Below are positions 28,336 through 34,996 of a stretch of DNA of 34,996 nucleotides, in pieces. Position 1 is the first letter of the stretch, and each line of letters begins with the position of its first letter. A program made the position numbers and the translations under genes. This stretch comes from a virus. Its lineage: Duplodnaviria; Caudoviricetes. The notes under the pieces were generated by a model. That model was not told the DNA's origin. It searched no databases and saw only the letters and a list, made by a program, of their open reading frames with translations. The stretch is from positions 1-34,996 of the IMG/VR virus record IMGVR_UViG_3300017785_001872, one strand, 5' to 3'.

Positions 28336-28590
28336 TTAATCCCTTGTTGGTTTACCGGCTAACTTCGCCATTTGATAAAACTTATTAGGTATCAGCTTCA
28401 TATCTACACTTACACCGAACGCACTACTGTGTCCTTCGTTAGCATAGATATGATGCGTATTCTCCTTACCACTACCTTGATACTTGTCCTCGTAAATCTC
28501 AGCGTCACACAACAAGTCCAATAGCTTTACTCCTATCTCAGCATCCACTACAAACTGCTTATACCCAACTGCTACGATTACTTTGCTCAT
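28336..28590 (-). CDS. Hypothetical protein
   Basis: MSKVIVAVGYKQFV...; AAGGA RBS before 28590. Confidence 0.7.
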   Translation of the reverse strand: MSKVIVAVGYKQFVVDAEIGVKLLDLLCDAEIYEDKYQGSGKENTHHIYANEGHSSAFGVSVDMKLIPNKFYQMAKLAGKPTRD

Positions 28591-28594
28591 AGTA

Positions 28595-29851
28595 TTAGTC
28601 CTTAATATGAATTGTTTTACCAACGGAGGCATAACTTGTGTTGCCTCCAACAATAGCCCATAGAATCGGTGCATCCCATTCATCCCCCCAATCACCTACA
28701 TATCCATCCGTCAGCATAATAATTGCTTCGGGTCTTATAGCATTCTCTTTTAGATAATGCATAACACAACAAGGGTCTGTTCCTCCACCACCCTGAGGCT
28801 TAGTCGACCTAACAATGTTAGGCACTTCCGAATAGCTATACTGCTCATGTCCGGCTACTTCGCTATCCCAATAAATCAAATCAACCATCTCAGGGTGAAC
28901 CTCTTGGGCAATACCTTGCACCTCAGCTAGAAACTCAGCTAACTCTCGGCTACCAACTGAACCACTTGTATCAATACCAATAACAAGATGCCCTACCTTT
29001 TCACCTATTAGGCTAGGCATATATACATCACCGCTTAGAAATCTACGGTTTACTCGTCTCCAACTGCTTGCATCTTTTGCGTTACATGTAGCCTTCACAA
29101 ACTCCTTAAGCATCTCCCGCCAATCAACCTTAGGCTCAAGCATCTCCTCTAGTTCTCGGCTCAGTCCACCCTTACCATTACCAATCTTCTTCTCAGCAAT
29201 CAAACCTTGGCGAATTGCTTGGTCAATGTCTCGTTCCAATTCCTTCTTGGTATCTTCGGATAATTCCTTAGCACCATCCCAATCATGGTCATCGAACCCT
29301 CCACCTTCGCCATCACCATCTTCATCTTCTTCACCATCTCCATCGCCATCACCGTCAGCCTTGCCACCCTTACCCTTCTTCTCCTCTTTGAGTAGGTCAA
29401 AGACTTGCTTGGTATTCATACCTCTGAACCGTTCATCAATCAAACCTATCGGTTTGTTGTTACGCTTAGGCATTGCTATTACTAACTCATCCTTATCCAT
29501 ATCTTTAAGTTCAAGATTGATTACATAGTCACACGCTTTGTTAGCTAGGCTATGGTTCTCATCATGCAACTTCTTCCATATAAACAAATGTCGATACGCT
29601 TTGTGCAATGTCTCATGCAACACTACAAAGGCCAACTCTTTGTCATCCAAACTCTTAACAAACTCACGACCATACTTCTCGTCACGACCGTTAGTGCTTG
29701 CAGTATCTATGTCATCTACTACGCTACTCTTACCGACAGTCATCAAGCCCGACCATAACGCATACTTAGGGTTACGCATGATTGCAATCTTTACCTTGCT
29801 CAACCTGCGTTCCTCTCTATCCTTTACTACTATTTCGCTATTACCTAACAT
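28595..29851 (-). CDS. DUF2201-type metallopeptidase + VWA-domain protein
   Basis: HETLH zincin motif; acidic Gly linker; MIDAS DTSGS; GGGGT; LTDG. Confidence 0.85.
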   Translation of the reverse strand: MLGNSEIVVKDREERRLSKVKIAIMRNPKYALWSGLMTVGKSSVVDDIDTASTNGRDEKYGREFVKSLDDKELAFVVLHETLHKAYRHLFIWKKLHDENHSLANKACDYVINLELKDMDKDELVIAMPKRNNKPIGLIDERFRGMNTKQVFDLLKEEKKGKGGKADGDGDGDGEEDEDGDGEGGGFDDHDWDGAKELSEDTKKELERDIDQAIRQGLIAEKKIGNGKGGLSRELEEMLEPKVDWREMLKEFVKATCNAKDASSWRRVNRRFLSGDVYMPSLIGEKVGHLVIGIDTSGSVGSRELAEFLAEVQGIAQEVHPEMVDLIYWDSEVAGHEQYSYSEVPNIVRSTKPQGGGGTDPCCVMHYLKENAIRPEAIIMLTDGYVGDWGDEWDAPILWAIVGGNTSYASVGKTIHIKD

Positions 29852-30023
29852 TGTTAGTTCTCCTTAAGGTATCTAATACATCTTCTGCTTTTAAACCACG
29901 ACTACGTAAATACTTCCTCGCTTTGCGTAAGGCCTTATCCTGAATCTGTCTTACACCCTCTCGGGATATTCCAATAGGGGTAAGCAACACATCAGTTTTT
30001 AACTCTAGCTTTTCCTTACTCAT
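29841..30023 (-). CDS. Stand-alone sigma70 region-4-like HTH protein
   Basis: GISREGVRQIQDKALRKAR compared with RpoD region 4.2 VTRERIRQIEAKALRKLR; ATGA-coupled to the AAA gene. Confidence 0.65.
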   Translation of the reverse strand: MSKEKLELKTDVLLTPIGISREGVRQIQDKALRKARKYLRSRGLKAEDVLDTLRRTNNVR

Positions 30024-31084
30024 AGCAAGTCTTCGTTGCGTTGCACCCAATCAGCAAACTTAGGTGAACTGAATGCAATAGCTTGCTTACTTGTAGACTT
30101 CGCAATGTTGATTGCAAAGCATGCTTGCCACTCGGGTTGGAATCTTTCAATGTAATCCATGAACTTAGGCATAGTCTGCTTATCTACTTTACTAATTGCA
30201 CCGAACACAATAATTGCACATGCACCGGCACTATCGGGGACTAAAGCATTCTTAGGGTTGGCAATTACTGAGTCCCATGTAGGAAGCTGGTCTGAGAACT
30301 CTATGTATGCTTGCATATCCCTAGATGCTGATTCGCCAATAGCTCCTGACATTGCACATATCAAGCTATCCGTATCTAGCTTTGCTCTTGCCCTAACAAT
30401 GTTAGATGCTCTCTCTAGTGAGCGAGGTGAAACAAATGCCATCTGCATCTTCTTTGGGTTGAAGATGTAAGGGTTGTTCGCTTGGTCTGCATCAAGATAA
30501 CTAGCCAATGCATGTGGGAATTGTCTTACCCATGCAATAATCTCAGGTGCGATATCATTCTCAATCGCCCACTCAATCCACTCCTCGGCATCAGGCTTTC
30601 TTACATGTAATGGGATAAGACGATTCCAACTGTGTGCCTTTAGGCTATCGCCCACGCCATCGCTTGATAGATTACCTGTTAGGAAAGTAATACTAGCTGG
30701 GTGTAAGAAGTTATCGCCTAGCCGTGGCTTGACTTCTAGCATCGGATGTAGCATGTTCTTAATTGGGTCTGCACCTTTAGTGAACTCATCTAACATTGTT
30801 ATGACGGGTTTACCGAGATGCATTTTAAATCTACTGTTAGGGTAGTAGGCCGTAGTCTTAGTCTCCCTATCAATGACGGGCATAGCAATATCGCCCAAGT
30901 CCATGTTAGGCACATCAATATAAGATACTTCGTGGTCGGGTAGACTTGCTGATAGCGTCTTAAGGATAGACGACTTACCAATCCCCGGTTCGCCACGCAA
31001 AAAGTAGCGATTCATTGGGGTTGAAAGAATGATGTTACATGCTTGCTTCAATGTAACGGTATTACCAAATTGTATTTCAGCCAT
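30020..31084 (-). CDS. MoxR-like AAA+ ATPase
   Basis: Walker A GEPGIGKS; Walker B MLDEF; TGN sensor; SPRS; AGGAG RBS. Confidence 0.85.
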   Translation of the reverse strand: MAEIQFGNTVTLKQACNIILSTPMNRYFLRGEPGIGKSSILKTLSASLPDHEVSYIDVPNMDLGDIAMPVIDRETKTTAYYPNSRFKMHLGKPVITMLDEFTKGADPIKNMLHPMLEVKPRLGDNFLHPASITFLTGNLSSDGVGDSLKAHSWNRLIPLHVRKPDAEEWIEWAIENDIAPEIIAWVRQFPHALASYLDADQANNPYIFNPKKMQMAFVSPRSLERASNIVRARAKLDTDSLICAMSGAIGESASRDMQAYIEFSDQLPTWDSVIANPKNALVPDSAGACAIIVFGAISKVDKQTMPKFMDYIERFQPEWQACFAINIAKSTSKQAIAFSSPKFADWVQRNEDLL

Positions 31085-31223
31085 GCTGTATTTCTCCTAG
31101 TTAAATAAGACTTCGTTGCTGTGTGATTAAACCTACTACCTCTACTCTGCTACACCTAACATTGTTAGGTTGTTTTTACCACTTATGAAACATTGATACA
31201 TAACTTTATTTAATATATACTAT

Positions 31224-31252
31224 ATTATAACACAGAATAATGTCTAAGTCAA
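31224..31252 (-). promoter_or_regulatory. Strong sigma70 early promoter (copy 2)
   Basis: TTGACT-17 nt-TATAAT with upstream A-tract; near-duplicate of 34769-34797. Confidence 0.85.
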
Positions 31253-31298
31253 GTTTTTTAGGCATGACTTATTATTATTTCGGAACGACCTAACATTG

Positions 31299-32237
31299 TT
31301 AGGCCACCCTCTGCTCATGCAATCTTCTCCACCCATAGCCATAGTATTTGCCGTTTGAGTCTTTACGAACTGCACCCTTAGGTAATTCCTTAGCCTCAAG
31401 AACTTCATCTCTGTGCCAACCAAGGATAAGAGAATACAAACCCTCAACTGCTCGCTTCTCAGTAAGGACATAGCCTTGTTCACCGGTCTTATACATTCGG
31501 TGACCAAAGGTTCTAGCCACTTGCAACAGAGCGTTATAGAACGAATCGTTCCTTGTCTCTGCGTTAGTATCAGTAATCAGCTTGAAGAACTTAACAATGT
31601 CGTCATCCCATCTTGCATACTCGGTTCGGTTTAACTCGGAAGGCCACTTCGCATGTGCCTCTTGCACACCAAGGACTCGTTCATACTCTTCGTCAGGGTA
31701 TGTGCTATTGCCTTTGAGTTTGCATATCCCTTGCATGTAGGTAAAGAACTCTTTGTAGTTTGCCCTAACATTGTTAGCCTTCTTCCGATTGATGACATGC
31801 ACATAGAACGGTTGCTCGTTCAGCACCTCATACTTACCCGTTTTCTTATTACGCTTTAGAAAGCATCCTTCTTTAGGTATTCTAGTATTGATACCTGTAT
31901 AGTCCATACCAATACATAATGAGTGGTCAAATATCCGAGCGTGGATACCTAACACTTCCTCGATAAAGTATGTAGTGGTAACACTATTGTATGAGTCGTT
32001 CTGTATCATCACTTCACCGTTAGGGCGAAAGGTAACAACAGGAGTCTTATACAAGATGCATTGCACCGAACCATCTTCGGTCTTATCAATCTTATAAGAG
32101 TTCACATTGTGCCTATGCCCTAAGGGTCGAACCTCTACTGCTCTGCCACGAATAGGCTTAGTATCCTCCCATCGCTTAAGGGCTTGCTCATAGTCTACTA
32201 TGTTATAAATGCCTGAGTTTCTTTGTTGTCCGTACAT
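31299..32237 (-). CDS. Early hypothetical protein
   Basis: 312 aa; GGAG RBS; stop codon lies inside a palindrome copy. Confidence 0.75.
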   Translation of the reverse strand: MYGQQRNSGIYNIVDYEQALKRWEDTKPIRGRAVEVRPLGHRHNVNSYKIDKTEDGSVQCILYKTPVVTFRPNGEVMIQNDSYNSVTTTYFIEEVLGIHARIFDHSLCIGMDYTGINTRIPKEGCFLKRNKKTGKYEVLNEQPFYVHVINRKKANNVRANYKEFFTYMQGICKLKGNSTYPDEEYERVLGVQEAHAKWPSELNRTEYARWDDDIVKFFKLITDTNAETRNDSFYNALLQVARTFGHRMYKTGEQGYVLTEKRAVEGLYSLILGWHRDEVLEAKELPKGAVRKDSNGKYYGYGWRRLHEQRVA

Positions 32238-32238
32238 A

Positions 32239-32442
32239 TTATTTCTCCCCTAACATTGTTATGGCCTTGGCACGCATAGCATCTGCACCTTGGTTAAATC
32301 CCTCACAGAATATCGCACGCTCAGAGTCGCTAAAGATATTCCCCAACTGCTCATCGAACTCGTAGAACGCATCGTTTGCATCTAATACAGTATCGTCAAT
32401 CTCTTTAACTGTCGCTGCCAAGTCATGTTGTTTAGTTTTCAT
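32239..32442 (-). CDS. Early hypothetical protein
   Basis: 67 aa; acidic; tightly packed with neighbours. Confidence 0.65.
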   Translation of the reverse strand: MKTKQHDLAATVKEIDDTVLDANDAFYEFDEQLGNIFSDSERAIFCEGFNQGADAMRAKAITMLGEK

Positions 32443-32620
32443 TTGCCATATCCCTTATCTTATCTAGTTGTTCGTATAAATCTTCTCTACCACATGAGTC
32501 CACTATCTCTACAAGCCTAGCCATATTTGCAGGACTCTCTCGCCACTTGCGTCTAGAATGCTCACTACCATTTACTGCATGGAATGCTTGCAGTAAAAAT
32601 ATCTTATCCTCCCCATTCAT
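32432..32620 (-). CDS. Early hypothetical protein
   Basis: 62 aa; GGAGGT RBS. Confidence 0.65.
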   Translation of the reverse strand: MNGEDKIFLLQAFHAVNGSEHSRRKWRESPANMARLVEIVDSCGREDLYEQLDKIRDMANEN

Positions 32621-32787
32621 AGGTCTACCTCCTCTATAGCGTATGTGCGTGAACCAAACTTCTTCATGCTTTCTTTTAAGTGGGACATAGTGCTTTCGGC
32701 TATGTCATAGGTTAAAAAAGTGCCTACTACTTCAACATTACCTAGTTCATCAATTTCTACAATCTGAAATGCCTTCTCGTTAGTCAT
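32617..32787 (-). CDS. Early hypothetical protein
   Basis: MTNEKAFQIVE...; GAGG RBS before 32787. Confidence 0.6.
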   Translation of the reverse strand: MTNEKAFQIVEIDELGNVEVVGTFLTYDIAESTMSHLKESMKKFGSRTYAIEEVDL

Positions 32788-33040
32788 ATATTGTTCCTCT
32801 CTTATTGGACAAATAGCCTTCGATAAACATAAACTTATCATGGTCGCTTGGGTTGTTCGGATACTTATACATAATGCTATAAGGGTTGTTAGTCCTAAGC
32901 CATAAGGTGTATGCATTTTCTGCTCTATTGCGTAAGAGTTCTTCTCTCACAATTGCTCTATGCATATGCTTGCTAGAACCTGTAACACCGTGAAGAGTAT
33001 CTTTCCAATCCAACTCTTCTTGCATCTTATTTATATTCAT
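32780..33040 (-). CDS. Early hypothetical protein
   Basis: MNINKMQEEL...; GGAGGAG RBS before 33040. Confidence 0.6.
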   Translation of the reverse strand: MNINKMQEELDWKDTLHGVTGSSKHMHRAIVREELLRNRAENAYTLWLRTNNPYSIMYKYPNNPSDHDKFMFIEGYLSNKRGTIYD

Positions 33041-33207
33041 CGCAACTCCTCCCAATAAGTTAGTGGTATTTCTTGAGCAACCTTTATCGCAGTAACAGGA
33101 CACTCTGCACTAAGGGTAATACGGTAGTCCTTACCATCTACTGTGTTACGCACTTCGTGTAACACTCGCTTTGACCATCTGTTATCTTCAATACATGTTG
33201 CAATCAT
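33037..33207 (-). CDS. Early hypothetical protein (56 aa, not in ORF track)
   Basis: Hand translation MIATCIEDNRWSKRVLHEV...YWEELR; AAGGAG RBS; ATGA overlaps on both sides. Confidence 0.6.
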   Translation of the reverse strand: MIATCIEDNRWSKRVLHEVRNTVDGKDYRITLSAECPVTAIKVAQEIPLTYWEELR

Positions 33208-33416
33208 TTCTTCTCCTTGTCCTGCTCTCGCAGGGTTGGCCTAACATTGTTAGGCTTGGTTGGTTCAGTTAATAAATAGAAAAACGGATTTACTGCTTTT
33301 ATTACTTCTACCTTCTCAGCGAATGTAGCACTAGATAAAATTCTACTCAATAGCGAATTAGCAATAGCCTCTTGCTCTCGCTTTGATAACCTTCGCTTTG
33401 TATACTCCTTCATCAA
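33204..33416 (-). CDS. Early hypothetical protein
   Basis: 70 aa; GAGGGG RBS. Confidence 0.6.
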   Translation of the reverse strand: MMKEYTKRRLSKREQEAIANSLLSRILSSATFAEKVEVIKAVNPFFYLLTEPTKPNNVRPTLREQDKEKK

Positions 33417-33595
33417 TCCCCCTCAAAAGTTTTAATCCAATCAACACGAACTGTAGACAAGTCTAACCACTTCGCTTCACGCTTATGGTCGGGCTTATCT
33501 ATTGGGTAATTTACCAATAACCCATGCTCACCCATACGCACTACCTTATAAAACTCAGGTGCATCGGGCTTGCGATATAACTTCATTACTTTCAT
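33413..33595 (-). CDS. Early hypothetical protein
   Basis: 60 aa; AGGAGGT RBS. Confidence 0.65.
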   Translation of the reverse strand: MKVMKLYRKPDAPEFYKVVRMGEHGLLVNYPIDKPDHKREAKWLDLSTVRVDWIKTFEGD

Positions 33596-33747
33596 TCCAA
33601 CACCTCCTTGATTAATTTCTTGACGGCCTTTTCCAACTTACGCTTGGCTAGTCGCTTAGCAGTAGGCTTACCCCCTCGGTTGCAACAACACCTACAATTA
33701 ATGCCACCACTACCTACAACTGAGAATCTTTTATATATACTTTTCAT
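33592..33747 (-). CDS. Small basic Cys-cluster protein (51 aa, not in ORF track)
   Basis: Hand translation MKSIYKRFSVVGSGGINCRCCCNRGGKPTAKRLAKRKLEKAVKKLIKEVLE; AAGGAG RBS; ATGA overlaps. Confidence 0.65.
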   Translation of the reverse strand: MKSIYKRFSVVGSGGINCRCCCNRGGKPTAKRLAKRKLEKAVKKLIKEVLE

Positions 33748-33950
33748 TCAATCTCCTTTTCGGTATCGTCTTCAAAATTATATGGCTCGTCACGCATATC
33801 CTCATCATGCTCATCACGCAAGTCTTCAAGTTCTCTAAAGTAGATAAGCAATTCTTTTTCTATATACTCAGGTAAACAACTAGCTAAACCCTCGGTCTTA
33901 CCGTCTGACCAAGTAATACTCATTCGCCATGATTTTATTGTTTGCATCAC
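33744..33950 (-). CDS. Early acidic hypothetical protein
   Basis: 68 aa; very acidic C-terminal half. Confidence 0.65.
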   Translation of the reverse strand: MMQTIKSWRMSITWSDGKTEGLASCLPEYIEKELLIYFRELEDLRDEHDEDMRDEPYNFEDDTEKEIE

Positions 33951-34150
33951 ATTGTCCTCTTAGGGTTAGTAAAGCATAAGTCGCTTGGGTTGTGAATATA
34001 CTGATATGCACCTTTCGAGTAAGGTATCTGCACAATGTGCTTAACCTTCTTGGCATTCTTCTCACCACACACCAGACAACTAAAGTAACCTAGGGCTATT
34101 CTCCTATGGTCAATCTCTTCGCCACACTCGCAATCAATTCCATATAACAT
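33947..34150 (-). CDS. DksA/TraR-type C4 zinc-finger protein
   Basis: CECGEEIDHRRIALGYFSCLVC matches the CxxCGxxIxxxR...CxxC pattern (one residue shorter); ATG lies inside a palindrome copy. Confidence 0.65.
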   Translation of the reverse strand: MLYGIDCECGEEIDHRRIALGYFSCLVCGEKNAKKVKHIVQIPYSKGAYQYIHNPSDLCFTNPKRTM

Positions 34151-34159
34151 TGTTAGGCC

Positions 34160-34438
34160 TTATCTTGGTTGGGTTCGTTCGATGATGGACTCCAAGCTTC
34201 TACCTGTTGCCATGCATATAGATAGAATAGTAGGCATATCCTCTTGAAGTAATCCTGCAATGCCACTTAAGAATGCATGCTGAGCATACATATATGCTTT
34301 GGTCTTTGGCTTGAGAGCATTGGCCTTGGCATAACGCATCCATGCATGGGCTACTGTTTGCGTAGTAGACATAACATTGTTAGGGCGAACGGGAGTATTG
34401 TTTGTCCCTGTTGTATCTAAGTCTAGTTGTAATTGCAT
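34160..34438 (-). CDS. Early hypothetical protein
   Basis: 92 aa; GAGGG RBS. Confidence 0.65.
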   Translation of the reverse strand: MQLQLDLDTTGTNNTPVRPNNVMSTTQTVAHAWMRYAKANALKPKTKAYMYAQHAFLSGIAGLLQEDMPTILSICMATGRSLESIIERTQPR

Positions 34439-34441
34439 GGT

Positions 34442-34540
34442 TTAGTCCCTCAAAAGAAATACAGCGATATGAACAAGCATGTAACATACAGTAAGTATGA
34501 ATATTGCAATAGTGAATTTTAAAGAATCAAAGAATTTCAT
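34442..34540 (-). CDS. Small membrane peptide (32 aa, not in ORF track)
   Basis: Hand translation MKFFDSLKFTIAIFILTVCYMLVHIAVFLLRD; GGAGG RBS. Confidence 0.55.
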   Translation of the reverse strand: MKFFDSLKFTIAIFILTVCYMLVHIAVFLLRD

Positions 34541-34683
34541 TTATATCCTCCTAGTTTAATAAGTGCATAGTTGGTGTAGTCTGCATCGTTACCGACTCGG
34601 GCATAGGAAATACGAATGCAATTCCAAGACATAGGGATAATGCTTGCTACTTGGTATATCAGGCTACTGGTCTTTACTAACAT
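34537..34683 (-). CDS. First early ORF (48 aa, not in ORF track)
   Basis: Hand translation MLVKTSSLIYQVASII...KLGGYK; AAGGAG RBS; ATGA overlap with the next ORF. Confidence 0.55.
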   Translation of the reverse strand: MLVKTSSLIYQVASIIPMSWNCIRISYARVGNDADYTNYALIKLGGYK

Positions 34684-34768
34684 ACAATCTCCTTGGTTGG
34701 CCTAACAATGTTAGGTGGTTTACAAAAATATAAATGAGGCCGTTTCTTTATTCTCATATATATCTTAT

Positions 34769-34797
34769 ATTATAACACAATATGTTGTCTAAGTCAA
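34769..34797 (-). promoter_or_regulatory. Strong sigma70 early promoter (copy 1)
   Basis: TTGACT-17 nt-TATAAT with upstream A-tract. Confidence 0.85.
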
Positions 34798-34877
34798 GTT
34801 TTTTGGGCAGAAACCGACCCTCGTTCCGAAACGGATTTCCCCTAGACGCACGGGCTACCACTCTCTTAGGAACTGTC

Positions 34878-34897
34878 ATTTTGGCGAAAGCCAAAAT
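34878..34897. other. Perfect hairpin ATTTTGGC-GAAA-GCCAAAAT
   Basis: 8-bp stem with GAAA loop, 14 bp from the last palindrome. Confidence 0.7.
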
Positions 34898-34919
34898 TAC
34901 CAAGGGAATGACCTAACAA

Positions 34920-34996
34920 TGTTAGGTGTTAGGTGTTAGGTGTTAGGTGTTAGGTGTTAGGTGTTAGGTGTTAGGTGTTAGGTGTTAGGTGTTAGG
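34920..34996. repeat. Terminal tandem array (TGTTAGG)x11, running off the window end
   Basis: 77 bp of perfect heptamer; the first unit is the right arm of the palindrome at 34912. Confidence 0.95.

Larger units (their letters stand above)
25009..34926. repeat. Dispersed 15-bp palindrome CCTAACA-W-TGTTAGG, 17 copies
   Basis: Perfect copies start at 25009, 25473, 28808, 31155, 31289, 33240, 34701 and 34912; copies with 1-2 flank mismatches start at 26432, 27383, 29844, 30392, 30789, 31764, 32249, 34143 and 34370; core TAACAWTGTTA is invariant. Confidence 0.95.

Noticed and set aside
31590-31604. Degenerate copy CTTAACAATGTCGTC
   Set aside because: The right arm breaks the invariant core; excluded from the count
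13215-33838. Plus-strand ORFs opposite the minus-strand arm, and nested minus-strand ORFs (17054, 23192, 29200, 30799, 31244)
   Set aside because: Shadow frames of well-supported genes; 31244..31507 also runs through a promoter
25009-34926. Palindromes as CRISPR repeats or integron attC sites
   Set aside because: Only 15 bp long, irregular 130-1430 bp spacing, mostly intragenic, and no cas1/cas2 or integron integrase is present
34920-34996. Eukaryotic telomere contamination or chimera
   Set aside because: The unit equals the half-site of a motif found 17 times in the phage arm and is continuous with the last copy, so it appears native

Overview
This window is most of a tailed-phage genome with podovirus-like organisation. 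Bases 1-12715 (+ strand) encode virion and ejection proteins, including a 2267-aa polyvalent protein. Bases 12811-34683 (- strand) form a convergent arm: early host-takeover genes at the right end, then a replication module (family A DNA polymerase, Cas4/RecB-like nuclease, HNH, SNF2 helicase, SSB-like protein, AEP primase-DUF927 helicase). No capsid, terminase, integrase, RNA polymerase, tRNA or CRISPR array was recognised. The most striking signal is a 15-bp palindrome, CCTAACA-W-TGTTAGG, found 17 times by eye. All copies lie in the last 10 kb (25009-34926), many inside coding sequence or on start/stop codons, and the window ends in 11 tandem copies of its half-site (TGTTAGG). Other candidates are a four-stem ncRNA with complementary loops (25325-25476), an SD-rich hairpin cluster at the convergence point, two classes of paired promoters, and a stand-alone sigma70 region-4 mimic. 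All calls come from motif recognition by eye; no searches were run.
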